Part shown: positions 26,201 through 39,981 of the stretch, in pieces
Position numbering within the stretch: position 1 is the first letter of the stretch
Layout: each line of letters begins with the position of its first letter
DNA from: Enoplolaimus lenunculus
Lineage: Eukaryota
Direction: 5' to 3'
DNA length: 64,000 bases
NCBI GenBank assembly: GCA_030248215.1
Contig: JASANG010000753.1
Location: 124,001-188,000 of the forward strand
Made by a program: the position numbers and the translations under genes
The notes under the pieces: model-generated
Database searches by the model: none
What the model saw: the letters and a program-made list of their open reading frames with translations, nothing else
Told to the model about the DNA's origin: nothing

Positions 26201-29200
26201 AAATCTAGGTTATACCATTTTTAACCGCACAAACAAAATTAGTATACATATATTTATGAATATGACCACTGAAGTATACATACTCTATACAAATTTAGAA
26301 ACCCGACCCCAAATCTAACAATATAAAACCTGGGTAATAAAAACAAAACACCCCATACTTACCCGCTGCAAAAAATACCGGCGCTTCCCCAAGGACCCGA
26401 TGTGGTTCGTCGCCATCGCGGTCATACTCGTCTTCGTTCTCATTCACATTGTTGTTGTTTGCACAACAGTAAACTGGACAATTAGTCGCGATCGAGCCGG
26501 TCACACTGCGACAAGGATGTAGTGGAGGCCCATGAACTGATGGCCAATACGGTAGTGTCGTCGTAACCAGGATCGGAGTTGGATCAGGACGGCGAACTAA
26601 AAGCAGTACGTAATACAAACAAAATTAAACTAGATAGAATATTGCATTTTACATTTGCTTTCATGTATATAACGAAATCTTTTAATCTAAACGATTAAAG
26701 CTAAGTTCACTACAGATTGCATGGCTCTGCTTATAGCCTTCACTTAAGACAATGTGAAAAACAAATCCTATAAAACTGAATTCAGGACTGTAATTCGAAC
26801 AGTTATGACAAAGCCAACATGCTCCTACTACTAGTACTGTCACGGTAACTAGTTGAAAGTTCAAATATGCGTAATACCGATAAAACGCCCAAACCAGTGT
26901 GTCAACAAAAATATTGAAGCAAAAATTTCACTAACTTTTCCCAGGTTCGTTTACACCAGCAATAGCCGAGTCGTTAACATCAAGCGGCGTAAATGTCCTA
27001 GAAAAGTAAACATTAGTTCTGCGTTATATAATATGTATGTTGAATGGTTCACACTTAACAATAGATGCTTCAAGAAGCCCAGGCTAATGTTTGTAGAATC
27101 AAATCTATAACATGTTATGCTAAGTAGTACTAAATTAGTGTGATTAAATTTAACGTTTTGTTAAAATATGTACCGAAATATCCGACTCCGGCATTTTTTG
27201 ATATCCGTTTGAACCCTATTATAATACATACGAAATTAAACAAAACACTGCTTCTTGGTATATATATTCAAACACCTCTCTGCGTGAGGTATCTATGAAA
27301 TTTATACTAATCCATTGAAAGAATATTTGACCCCGATCCATCATGAATTGTAACCTCTGAATCTTCTAATGTAGTTCTTTTGAAAGCTCGATTATTATAT
27401 ATCGTGTTAGTTCAAGCTTTAACAAAATAGCTGAAAAACTAAGGTCACTGCCATTTTTAACTTACGTTGCTATTCCGGGAATTGTATATACACCTGGTCG
27501 TCTGCGAGCCCAGTCCAAAATATACAGCGTTGCCATCGCGACAAGGCTAAAACATACGAGAAATAAGTCTATAAAAAAACTTTCTTAACTAACAGTCAGG
27601 GTGCAACCGGAATTCCGGTTCCGGTTCCGGCATTTTTTCACCTTCCGGTTCCGGTAAATTTTTACCGGATTTAAAAATTCCGGTGTTATAATTTGGCCGT
27701 TTTTTTTAAATTTTCAAATTCCGGATTCCGGTGATATCCTTCTTTCAAAAATCATAATAATTTATAATCCGGTATGTTCGACTAAGGTTATTTCACAAAT
27801 AATAGAGCAAAAAATAAGATTAAAATAAAATTTAAATCAACAAAATTAAACGAATTGTAATTCCGGTTGCACCCTGCTAACAGTATATAACGTTTGTCAA
27901 TATTGCAAACTCGTAAACTTCAAAATGCCTAAATGTAAAAGATGTTACTAATTCAATTGTTTTTTGAGTAATTGCATAAAATATAAATTGAAATGGACAA
28001 GCTGATGTGTTGCTAGCGTTGGTCTGTCTAAAAACGTATTACTAGCAGAGGTTAAATACATCATAGATTTCGAGATTTACAATACGGCCCTAGGCAGCGA
28101 AACAATAAATCAAAACTGTGAAATCGCAACTTACGTACCAAAACGCCATTATGACTACAAGAACAACTATGGTCGCTTGTAGAATACGGTTGTTGCACAG
28201 CGTTCGTTCTTGCGGCCAACGTTCACAGTCGTGATGACAGCGGTGCCTGAGAATTAAAGTTTATTCTTCGGTGAACTAATATCGCTACTAACTTGTTTAG
28301 TTCCCCCGCGTCACATACACAAGCGTTAATTTAATTGAAAGCGAATGTTTCCTCACAGTCGTTATACTGTTATATTAGAACATGCTTAGGCTAAGACTTA
28401 GTTTAGGTTCAAGCCTGCGGTTGTTTCGCAGTGTGTAATGGAGAAAATATAGGCGGGAGGTTGTGGAAATAAGCAACTACTATTATATCTGCTGAACCTA
28501 AATTTCTTCCAACACCCCGATAACGGGCAAAACCAACCTGTGAACAGCACACTGCGGCCGGCCACACATCGTACACTTTTCAACTTTTCCATGCTCACGG
28601 CCGTCTTTCCCATGTGCCGCTGTCTTTTCCTTCTGATCAGCTTTTCCACCAGCCACAGGGACGTCATCTTCGACTGAATCAATCCCTGAATCGCGTCGCG
28701 TTCTCAGACACGATTTCAAACCAGTCGAGTTGCCGCTACCAGTGTTACCTCCGATGCCGCCACTGCCCCCAACAGTCCCATTGACAAAGCAACTATCACC
28801 ACCTGGGCCGTCGCTACGCAAGACTGAACTACGGCTGTTGTCGTAGTAATCATCGTTGCAGCCGACATCTGACTCAGAAGACGCTTCCCGACAACAGCCA
28901 CCACCGTTCATTGGTTCTCCATCGCAATCGATGTCACTTCTTGTTGAGTCAGCCTATAAAATGCACCGTAGAAATCTTTGCGTAACTAGGATTTGGACGA
29001 ACATGGCAATAATGAAGAACCTGTTGAAAAAAATTGTTCTATTCGTTTTAGGCACGTAAAATAAGCAGTTTGCCTGGAAGTGTTTCGATTTTCAAGTAAA
29101 CATTTGGACAACGTTTATATACATAATAGCTAAATTTTAAAACTCAACTTCGGACGATATATGTAAATAATCCATTTGTCTGATTTCGTTTAAAAAGCTG

Positions 29201-32200
29201 TGTCCATAAAACTTTCTAAGGGGTCTTGTTTACAAACTGATGCCGTACCTGAAAAACCCTGAACAAAAATAACCAGAGAAGGGGTTCTGTAGCCAAACGA
29301 GCTTACCGTTCTCAAATACTTTTTCCTGCTTGTGCTACGGCGACGTCGCTGTGATGACGACGAAGTCGTTGCTGTTGATTTCTGACGAGGCGGTTCAGGA
29401 CTCGAGCGAGCACTTGATTTTTCGCTCGCGTACGATGATGCGGGTAGAAATGCTGAGCTGCCGACACTACAATAGATACAACGGTATATATACCTTTTCA
29501 TTGGATTCCCTCTTTCTTTTTTGTTGGAGGGGCTTGCACCAGGCTAAGCCTAAACGTAATTAAACAGTGGCGGGACACTTCCTCTGGTTCAACATGGGAG
29601 CATTTTTATACGCTGTACACTGTTATGCTAACTTTCACAATACAATACATACGTCTGTGAAATTATGCCCAATGCTGCATAACCCACCAATGTATAATAG
29701 GTAGCGGAAAAACAGTAGCAAAAGATGATGAAAATTAAACACGTATTAAAAGCTAAGTTGATGAATTACCAATTTTAAGAATAAGGGTGGCGCTATACTT
29801 TTTAGAAATATTAATGTCGTCCATCTCCGACCGCCACAGTGCGATATAGCACGTGCAATGCAACATATCCTGCTCCCAGGACTAGCTGAAATGGTCGTCT
29901 AACCTGATATTTGATTCTGAATTAATTGTGGTTGTCGATCGAAATTGGCTCAGCCGAAATAGTTTCAGCCGTTTGAATTTGTTTGTCATTTTCGTTACTT
30001 CATCAATTTTATTCTCTAAATTTCCCGTCAACAGACACAACTCTTTGACAGCAGCAGCGCTTTCGAAGAATAAACGATTCTGCAAACACGAGAAAACCAT
30101 AAAATAAATCTATAGAAAGCACTTAAATTTGTGGCCCGGCCGAAATTTATATTGTTAACGGCGCATAACAACAACTGAAACAATAAAAAAATTTTCGTTT
30201 GGCAAAAATTTATATTTGATGTTTGTCTATAAAATGTCATGCACACAAAATTTCGCGAACGCGCCATAATTAAAGCCCTATACACACATCCGCCCAAGTT
30301 TTGTTCCAACCAACCAACCAACCAACCAACCAACCAACCAACCAACCAACCATCACAGAACTCGCCGCTACAAATTGCAGTTACGTAGTATATTATAATG
30401 CTGCGAAAGCCTGCACATGTGAACAGGGCTTATAAACAGCAACTCAATGGATTCCATAAGCGCAGCCAGGATTTCGGAAATATGGTTACGTTCTATATAA
30501 ATTTCGAAATTAAATTTAGTTTACTGTGTTGCAAAGTGAAACCATGTCAACATACCCCACTACAAATAATCCGAAAGAAGGGGGGACATCTGCACCCCAG
30601 TGGCTACGCCCTTGATAGATTGTCAACCTCAAAACCAACCTTATCGACCCGTAAATATTCGCCACCGTCATCAATCACTGCGTCGGGCAGCACTTCGGCA
30701 ACTTCTTGCGCAATCACACCAACTTGACCGACACCTTCCTCGGGCGCGAGTCCAAACTGTTCACAGGCTTCCGGTTTCAGATCATAGCGCACAATACGAA
30801 TATTCGCCATGTTCGATAGCGCTTCACTCGGATCAATCTATAAAATGAATGTAAATCGTTTAGAATTGTTAGGTACGTTACAATAAATAAGTAGCTACTG
30901 TGTACAAAGTAAAATCTGGGATATTATTTTATTTTGCTCAAGGTAGAAAGGGCTAACCTCTAGTGTTCAAAGTTTTGGAAAACAAATACAAAATTAATTA
31001 GCATCCAAAGATGATCTATAATAAAATTGCATTCAAGATTCCGTTGGCGTTCGGACTCTTCGCTAACTAAGCTGCTTTACTTACAACACAACCTGTATCC
31101 TTAAAGTAGCTGATAACAAATTCTTTCTAAAGCAACATCCGTACCTCTTCAACATTTTCCTTCAAATTCCGATCTGACGGATTGGTCACTTTGCCTGCGA
31201 TATGCATGTCACCTTGAACATGGAGCGCCGCTTGCGGCTGCGCAGTACCGATACCAACGTTACACTGAAATGAAAAGCTGCCAAACAGGTATATAATTAG
31301 CCCGACCTAGCTAAAACGCAAAACGTTATGAACAAACAAAATAACGCTTCAGGTTCCCGTTATCACTCAAAAACATAACTACATAGCATAGCCGCTTGCA
31401 TAAGTTTCAACTTTAGCTACTAATGAAAAAGGACAGCCATCACCTTTATCGACTCACCTGAGTAAAAATTGAAAAAGGAGACAAACTGCAACGCTGCCAC
31501 AATGGTTCATTTTCGTTATTATCAAACTGACCCGGATTAGTTGCCTGTAAAAAAAGAAATAAATACTCTGACTGGCATAATGACAGTAAACTGTGCTGAA
31601 CTAATTGTACCACTCAGCGATCACAAGATACCGAAAATTACGTATTGAGACAGACACTGAGGCTAACTGAAAACTGAGCCTTTCTTCATTAAGCACAACC
31701 CATGTCAACGCATCAAAATGACGAAAATCACAGCAGCATTGAGAAAAGCGCAGTGCGTTTTGATGTCCGGTAACCGCTTCTTTAACAACAGCAAAACACC
31801 AGTTCACGCAAGCAAACCAAAAAGGATTTTTATTGGGCACATTCAACTTGCTTCCCACAACAATCCATCCATTTGCTTACCCAAGCCATGAAAGATTTGA
31901 CCGCCCACCACTTACGAAACACTGCACTGCCGATTTACTTACCCTGATAATGACCCGCTCTGATGCGTACGCAAGCACGCAATATTTCTCGGCGTTTGTG
32001 ACTGCTGCGTTTAGTGCGCACACAAGTTGGACGTATTTCTGATCGGGGTTCGGTCGGCCATTTTTGCGTTGATTATTCATTGTTGTTTCCGAAAAATGCA
32101 ACCTATGCACGGTAACTTTGGTGACTTTTGCAGCCGGTAAAGCAAACGTCGCACCTTGATAATTGCACGTGCGACGATTGTTTTGCGATTGCCGAATTGC

Positions 32201-35200
32201 AATGTGCGAATTCAGCATTTCTGTCTGTAACAGGAAAATACCATCATTTAAATTTTAAGCAAGCGCAACTTCATTCAATCACCATTTCAGATATCACTGC
32301 ATATAAATATAAAAAGGGAAAACAAGAATGAAAACTAAATTATTTCTCGTAGTTACAATCAACATTCTACGAGCAATACTGCATGTGAATGTAAATAATT
32401 TCACGTAAAACTTAAGAAACTAAACAAACAGATCGGCTTGTGGGAAATTTTCCAGTGTTTTACTGGTCAGTGCTTGTTTTATTTTAATGTGTTTTTAATT
32501 TTAGCATGTTTCCGAAAGACCCGTATGCGAAACAGACAACACTCTAAACAGAGAATGTATGTCCAGATACACGCAAAATGCCATATACGTACACTATGCC
32601 CTGCTTTCCTACCGACTGCGTGTCAAACGTACTTTAGCACCGTAAAAATCCAACTGAAACTCTTTGATCGGCTTCAGGCCTTCGTTTGGAACGTTGACGA
32701 ACTTTGGTTCCATAGTACTATGGACTTCAATTTCTGCGGTGATTTGAAAATGGTTTTTCTTTTGATTGATATACGCACGATCGGTTGTGCTGTACACGAA
32801 ACCTTTGTCGGCTACGATTCGAAATCCAAGTGGACGCCTGAAACAAACACAAATCGTACACACACCTATACTATCTATACCTTACAAAAACCTGCAATAA
32901 CGTGCCACTGCGCATACAAATTTGTGACGAGCAACGAATAAAATCAATTATGTAGATATCACAAACCCAAAAGCTGTTTCTACAAATTTTTCGTGCATGC
33001 AAACTTAAAAAGTGTGCTAGATGCTAACTAACGGACCTCGACGACGATAGTTCTGTTGAGAAACCTGTCGAAAGTAAATATATAACTTTTGTTTTATTTT
33101 TTGTTTTTCTGTTGGACGCTTTTGGTTTCATAAACTACGGATTTACGAATTTATTCATTTAAAATACAAACAAACATACATTTCATGCCCATCGGCATCA
33201 AACAACGCATGCCATTTATCCGCGCTGAATTGGTTGAATTTAATAATTTGTTGTTGAGGCAGCTGACTTTGTTGTTGTTGTTGTTGGCTTGCAGCCAAGT
33301 GCTGTTGGGATCCGCCAGTTCCACCATTCACAGAGGCATGTGTCAATAGACCCGCATCATTACTACCTCTGCCATTAATTGGTGTTGTCATTGAACAACC
33401 GGCTCCCAGCAAAGGTTGAGTTATCGTTGAAGTTGACATGATACCACTACCACCACATGTAACGTCATCTATGCCTCCGCCTACCATTCCTACACCGTTG
33501 TTGATAGGCGTTAACTCGTCACATATCGAAAAACTTTCATTGCTTGAATTTGAATGCAGCGGGTCACTGCCACTATTGCTGCTTGCGTTTCCGTTCGATC
33601 GTGGTGATACTGGAATTGAAAGATATTCAAAGACTATCCAATAACGAACCTAAGCCGCCTACGCCTGAGAATAACCTAAACCTATGAATTAGTTTGTGAT
33701 ATTGTAATAATATACACACTGTTGAAGAGGGAACTTTTAGTGTGTGGTGAGAACAAAGTAAGTACTAATTAATATTAATACCATATATACCTGCGCTACC
33801 TAGCGAATACGCAGAGCGCCGAAGTATGAATTATATTTTGATTTTGAAGTACACAAATTGACTTCCCACATTTTGCCGCAAACAGTATTGCTATACAGGT
33901 AGTCCGGCGCTTGCCTTCCACTCGCCAACAGCCTAGAGAAACCTTAATGTTTGCCACTTGGTAGTTAAATTTAACCGCCTGATTACCGGCTTCCGGAAGG
34001 TCCTATAAGGCCAATCGAAGCTCCTGTATTTCTACAGGTCTAATGGGCTCTCAAATGGAAGGAAACGTCAACACAACATCACCGGGTCGAAAAGCAAGCA
34101 ATGAAAATATATTTATTAAGAGCAAAGAAAAACTAAACCAACGGAACTTACTCAATTCGGGTTTAATAGGCGGAGATATCATGGTAGCGTTTTCAGCATT
34201 GTAATTATCCGGTCGAAGGCGTTTTCGAGGTAAACTTCCAGTGCTGCTGCTAAAATGCATAATACAACCTTAAGTTATTTTAGTTAAGTAGACATCTGCA
34301 ATTCTAAATTTTTATCGGTTTTTAGGTATGTGCCGATTAATCGGCATCGGCACTGCAAAAAATTGCCGATTCTTTGACGATCCTTGTTGCACATAACAGT
34401 CAGTTGGACTGCTATCAATTTCATGTCTGGGCGCACACCAGTGTGTCTGCTTACGAAAATTGTTATCTCTTGCGTTTGTGTTTGAAAAAATTAATTGAAA
34501 TTAACCGTTCTTATAAAATTATAATCGTTTATGATGGTTATGGTTTAAGCTTTCGTATAATTATGTAGAGTACTGGTCTCGGTACTACACAAACAGTGCC
34601 GATTTTTGCCGATACTTTTTGCATTTAACAGTGAGATGGAATGCTAACAATTTCTGTTATTAGCATATATGGTTGTTATGGTTTATGTCTTTGCGCTTAT
34701 AATGATATAAAATGTATTAATTCTATCAGTTCTTTAAACATCATGTATTAAAACTGGAATTGGCATCGGCATAATGTAAAAAAAATATCGACATCGGTAT
34801 CAGCCCACCCCTTCATCAAATCCAACGTACCAATACTCCAAAACTTTATGCATTTGCGACACTGGTTGTTGCTGTTGCTGCTCTAATAACGCGGGGGTTT
34901 GCCGCTGTCGGACACTAGAATTATTTCTATCTATCGATGCTCTGTCACCGCTCACGTGTGACTGATTCAGTTGTAACATACTGCTTGCAACCGGTAACCT
35001 CGTAGAATTTGACAAGGAATGCTTCTGTAACTGCTGTTGCTGCAACAAATCTATCGAAATATCCATTGACGATGCATGATGATTAAAATTATGAACCATC
35101 AATACACGATTGTTATTTTTATCTGCTCCGGTTGTGTTTGTTGGAGTTGTGGGGGAAAACCCGTTAGCAGAAATAAAATTACTGTTGTTGTTGCTGTTGT

Positions 35201-38200
35201 TCATATTGTTATTTGTTGCTGCAAACGTACGAATATCATGTAGCGTAACGTTGCCGCCCGAGGTTTTTTCGTCAGGAGGCACCGTATTATTACCCGCAAT
35301 AGTAGAAGGAGAATTCTAAAACAAAACAAACAAAATGAAAAATGTAACTTCCCCTTAGTATCGCCACTTAAAGAGCTAGTTTTATAGATTTTTGTGTATC
35401 TGCAATGTCATCTTCTGCCCTTAAGCTACGTACACCATACAAGAGAAACTTAATTAACCAAACTTAAGATGTTAAGATTTGGGTTCAACTGGAATTCCTG
35501 TTCCGCCTGAATTCCAGAAAAAATCCTATTTTTGTTGCTGCGGAACCGGAATTTATACGGTTTTGTGGCAAATTATTCCTAAATATTTGAATATTGGAAA
35601 TTTTGCGCTTGAAAAATTGTTATTTCAACATAACTTTTGGCAACAACTTCAATTTTGGTAATAAACTGCGTCTAATGTGTTTTCGCAAAACTTGATGATT
35701 AAATAAAAAGTCCAACAGTAATTCGGTGATGAAAATTATTTCAAATCCGGTTTTTGTTCCGGCAATAGAGCTGTCACGGGGCCAGGATTTTGGCCGGGGC
35801 TAAGAATATTACTTGTTATAATAAAACCCATGTCATTAACACGCTCGAAAACTATGTATTCAAACGTATAGAAGCGAAATAAATCGCTTGAAACGTCAGC
35901 GTTACATACTATGCTGTTTTCGAAATCATAAAACTGATATTAAAATCACGGTTTGAATTAATTTTACAGACAACAATGGAATACAAGTGAAAGAGTAAAA
36001 AATTTTCATAAATTGTCAAATATTTCGGCACCGGCACCTTCCGGCCCGGACCCGGGACAGCTTTTAATATATATGAATACGTGACACTTTTTTCTTACCA
36101 AATTTCCCGAGATAATAGTCGAATTCAACTGTGGAAGGCAACCAATAGTAGTAGTATGTTGGCGGTGGACATCAACTCCGTCATCGCTGCCGCCCGAATA
36201 ATCCATACTCGATACTTCATCATTATCCAAACAAGCGTTGTTAGTACGCCGTTGTTGTTGTTGTTGTTGTCGCCCATAATTTGTCCCACCAGATCCATTC
36301 GATATATTTCCATTATGATGAAACACTGGAGACTCACTTATAATTCGACCATTGGCCATTTCGTGTTCATTGTTGCGTCTCGGCCCATGCGCTCCTTTCC
36401 GTGATCCACCACAATAGGTCAAATTACATTCACTATCATAGCTGCCAGCGTGACTACTTGCTCTATTATTAACCACGCCTGCTACACCGTTCAAACTTGA
36501 GCGTCTCACAGAACCTTCAGTAATAGCATTTGATACTCGCTGTCGTCGCAATTGCGATTGCTCGTACAATTCTAAATCCGGGCTCGATGTCATACTTGCT
36601 GAATTATAGCTATTGTTATTGTTATCAATTCCCGCATTTCCGTTCGCCACACCCATCGAACAACTAGAAGTACCCGTTGAATTTAGTATTTGCCCGTTAT
36701 ACTGTTGCATTGGTAGTTGCTGTTTTTGTGTCAACAAATGTTTACTGGCTCCCTGAGTCGAATGCATTACTAGTCCACTGTTATTACATTTGTTATCAAC
36801 AGCGATGTCAGTGTTGACAATTGTTTGTTGTTGTTTGCGCTGTTCATGTCGATATCGATGCATGTTTTGTTGATCTGTTGGTGAGGTTTGCACTGCGCCT
36901 TGCGGTGTCGGCTGTTCTTGGGTGGTAGATACGCGTTTAACTTCTCCATTACCATAATATCCGTTCGTTATCGCACCAGCACTGAGGTGCAAACCGTGAT
37001 GTGGTGTCGGGGAACAGAATCCAATATCGCCTCCAGCGCCACCACCAAGCACATAGCCACCGGTGCTCGACTCCCCTGAGGACAACATACCCGTTTCGCC
37101 GGGTGGAAGCTCCGGAACCGAAAGAATAAGACCTTTAACAAAAACAAGAATATTAGCATAAACGCAAAAATAAAGAATAAAAATAAAATATATAGCACAT
37201 ATTATCAGGGTGCGACCGGATAGCAAAAAACCGGATACCGGAACCGGATAATGATTTTTTTACCGGAACCGGATGTTAACCGGATAGTGTTTTTAAATAA
37301 ATCAATTTTTAGCACGTTAATGCATCAGTAAATGTTAATTTATCTTTAGTAAATAAACCAATTTTTAGCACGTTAATGCATCAGTAAATGTTAATTTATC
37401 TTTAGTAAATAAATCAATTTTTAGCACGTTAATGCATCAGTAAATGTAAATTTATCTTTAGTAAACGGAATACTGCGTTTATATAAAGAGCGTGTCCTAA
37501 TACTTGAAAATAATTGTGATTGGTTTGTTTCTATAATAAAATCCGAATCGTTCATTTTTTCTCTTAACCATGTTTGGACAATCAAAGTATGCTCAAATAC
37601 CTTATTGGTTTTGTTGGACTGGACTGAAAACCCAAATATAAACCGAAACCGAACATTGGGTCGCACCCTACATATAACACCACCCTTGTGTATTGCTCTA
37701 GTTTGTCCTTACCCTGTGTTGTTACATGCAGCTCACTGCACACCGAAGCAGACGAGTTCAATGCGTTAGGGCCGCAGCCAATGTTACAGTACTCGTTTTC
37801 ATCGCGAGCACCAGATAGCGACGGAAGACGGCTACCGTTAGTCGCTGAGCTTGCTGTCCGTCGGTTCTTCATGACTGGCGCTGCAACACCCGAGTGGTCG
37901 CCGTTGCCATTAGCTGCACTAGCGGACATTCCTGTACTACCAGTCGCTGACGCCTCCAAGTAGACATTGGGTGGAGGAACGGATCCATCTTCACAAGACG
38001 AGGAATACGACATATTTCTTCGCATCGATAAAGCATCGTTTCTTGTTGGAGTTGTCGCCGCCCCAGCTGTTTGTTGACTACCTGCCTCCCGATTACGACC
38101 ACACGATAGTTCAGACCTGGCAACAGGTTCTGCGGGTGACGGCTCATTAGAGCTGTTGCTGCAGGGATTGTTGATCCGAGCAACACTACTTCCTCCACGA

Positions 38201-39981
38201 CCACTATTGTTGACAGGAGTCATTTCTCGTTCACTTGAATTGCGGTGCATACCAGCACAACTACTACTGCTGCCACCACCTCCTGATGACAACGAGGAGC
38301 CAGAACTAACACGATCACCTGCACTGCCAAACGGTGGCATTTCAAATTCGGGCGGACTTGCGGTCGATAAACCGCCATGTATCGTTGCGGCTACTGATGC
38401 TGGATAGTGATGTCCATTTGCCGCTGCTGCTCCTTTGACGCTAGCGGCGCGTCCGCCATCAATCATTGGACTGTCAGGCAAATGACTGCAAGCAGAAAAG
38501 AATTAAATTTTTGATCTGGAGCCAATACCAAGACTCAATTTGTAAACAAGCCGTTTTTGAAAAGCTGGGACTGAAACTAGTTAGTCTGGAATTTTCAAGA
38601 CTCGACTCTGACTTAAACACTCAACCAAAACACTATATGGGCACGTTTTGTAGGACAGGCAGCAGTTGGGTCCAATTGGATAAAAATATATACTCTTAAA
38701 ACTTGAAAAGACAGACTACCACAAGGCAAAGTATAAATCAGAATATCACTACTGTGTTACACTTACTCAACCCAAGCGATGACAGAGTATACGTAACTTT
38801 GTTTCTACAATGCCAATACAGAGTCAACTTGGTATCCAACAACATAGCTACACTATGCTACATCAAATTGCATGCGACAATAGCTCAACTTACACTGTAC
38901 AACTCATTGAACCTGACGAACCAACATCTGGTGCACGCTGTTGGCAACCAGGGCCCGATCCACGAGTTGGACTATCAAATAGCCCACCTTCTGTACAATC
39001 AGCAACGCCACCTTTCGTTATGATGCTTAAACTGTCGTTCGCAAGCGCTGCATTTAACATCTCGTCATCGACATCATTTCGAGTACAATTATCGACAACA
39101 GTTGCATTGATGTTGCCGGATCCTTCTATCGGTATTTTGCCTATGTACTTGTCTGCATCAGCTTCAGTCAACAATGCTCTGAAACATTCCAAAGCATGCA
39201 CTTATGAAATGAGACTACATATATATTGCCAATAAAACAGACGTGTTATAATAATACGTACATCAATCTCAAGTCTTGAGCAAATACGAATTCTGTCAAA
39301 AAGCAGAAAAAACCTCTATCAACATTTTACCTCGATAGTATATAGCTTTCAAGATACCATTCGCTTGCTTAACATAAGCATACTAAGTAAGCAATATACG
39401 TATATATATTTACAGAAGAATTTTCCAGAAAACAATTACTCGCTTACAATGTTTCATTGCCGGCGCCAAATACACCATCGTTTGTTGTTAACAACGGGCA
39501 ATCGTTTAGATAATCAATTATGTCAATTTTGCCGTCCACTAACGCTTCGAACTCTCCGTCACATTCTCAAATTAACAAATACATAAGCGTACATATTTGA
39601 ATATCAAACGGCCCTATGAAGAGTATGTGAAAAAGATTAAGTCGACGAGAAAGTTAGCTGGAGAGGCGGGCTAAGTGGCACAGTGCTAACAAGACCGGAC
39701 TGACACGCAGAAGGTCGCGAGTTCGAAACCACCAGTAACCTACTTTTCCAGCTGCTTAGTAAAAAAGTCTGAAGACCCGGTTCCTACCTAGACTGACACT
39801 CACTACTGAACAACGTAAAACTAAACTAATGCAACAGCATTAATTCTAAAGTAGCAGAAATAACACGTTATAGGTCTCCGAAACAAGGTCCACAGAATAT
39901 CCCAACCCCGTGGTAACTCTACATTGACTCACCTTCAGCCATTGTCCTGCCACTCTTTTGTAATTGCACTGAATTAGCCAT
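23271..39981 (-). CDS. MYRF: Myelin regulatory factor homologue (MYRF / myrf-1, pqn-47): membrane-anchored, self-cleaving NDT80-family transcription factor, about 2106 aa
   Basis: 25 phase-consistent exons: 39981-39933, 39565-39448, 39178-38894, 38485-37713, 37132-36099, 35315-34831, 34249-34152, 33609-33180, 32837-32633, 32224-31943, 31544-31458, 31264-31145, 30837-30640, 30079-29904, 29466-29307, 28953-28538, 28246-28139, 27546-27466, 26997-26936, 26596-26363, 26161-26093, 25552-25039, 24153-23970, 23664-23587, 23345-23271 (sum 6321 nt). Motifs: LPDSP; ADKGF..QKKNHFQ; RLHFSETTMNNQRKNGRPNPDQKY; IIRATNPGQF; PSDRNLK; GVIAQEVAEVLPDAV; TM ILQATIVVLVVIMAFCLVAMATLYIL; C-terminal WRLPVG..FRVG and YDLIFYRLC-stop. 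The first two exons are the least certain (exon 2 uses a GAG acceptor). Confidence 0.93.
27597..27876. mobile_element. hAT-type MITE in a MYRF intron
   Basis: TIRs CAGGGTGCAACCGGAATT / AATTCCGGTTGCACCCTG flanked by a perfect 8-bp TSD CTAACAGT (27589-27596 and 27877-27884). Related copies or ends at about 11889-12308, 20891, 21560, 37206, 52959, 56395 and 57520-57840. Confidence 0.9.
29904..31264 (-). other. MYRF: MYRF ICA (peptidase S74-like intramolecular chaperone autocleavage) domain and following coiled-coil exons
   Basis: NVGIGTAQPQAALHVQGDMHIAGKVTNPSDRNLKENVEE; the Ser and Lys of P-S-D-x-x-x-K are encoded at 31180-31160. Followed by GVIAQEV and AVKELCLLTGNLENKIDEV. Confidence 0.92.
30306..30352. 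repeat. (CCAA)n microsatellite, intronic
   Basis: Directly visible. Confidence 0.95.
31458..33245 (-). other. MYRF: MYRF NDT80/PhoG-like DNA-binding domain exons
   Basis: IKFNQFSADKWHAL..FRIVADKGFVYS..NQKKNHFQIT..IRQSQ..KVTVHRLHFSETTMNNQRKNGRPNPDQKYVQLVCAL..SERVIIRATNPGQFD. Confidence 0.93.
37294..37465. repeat. 56-bp tandem repeat x3, intronic, next to a hAT-MITE end
   Basis: Unit TAAATAAATCAATTTTTAGCACGTTAATGCATCAGTAAATGTTAATTTATCTTTAG starts at 37294, 37350 and 37406. Confidence 0.93.
39661..39830 (+). mobile_element. tRNA-derived SINE (tRNA-Val-like head) in a MYRF intron; second, internally deleted copy at 58711-58796 (-)
   Basis: GAGGCGGGCTAAGTGG head, ACACGCAGAAGGTCGCGAGTTCGAAACC (B box 39719-39730), core GTCTGAAGACCCGGTTCCTACCTAGACTGACA and a CTAAA-like tail. 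Head and core are shared with 58711-58796. Confidence 0.7.
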
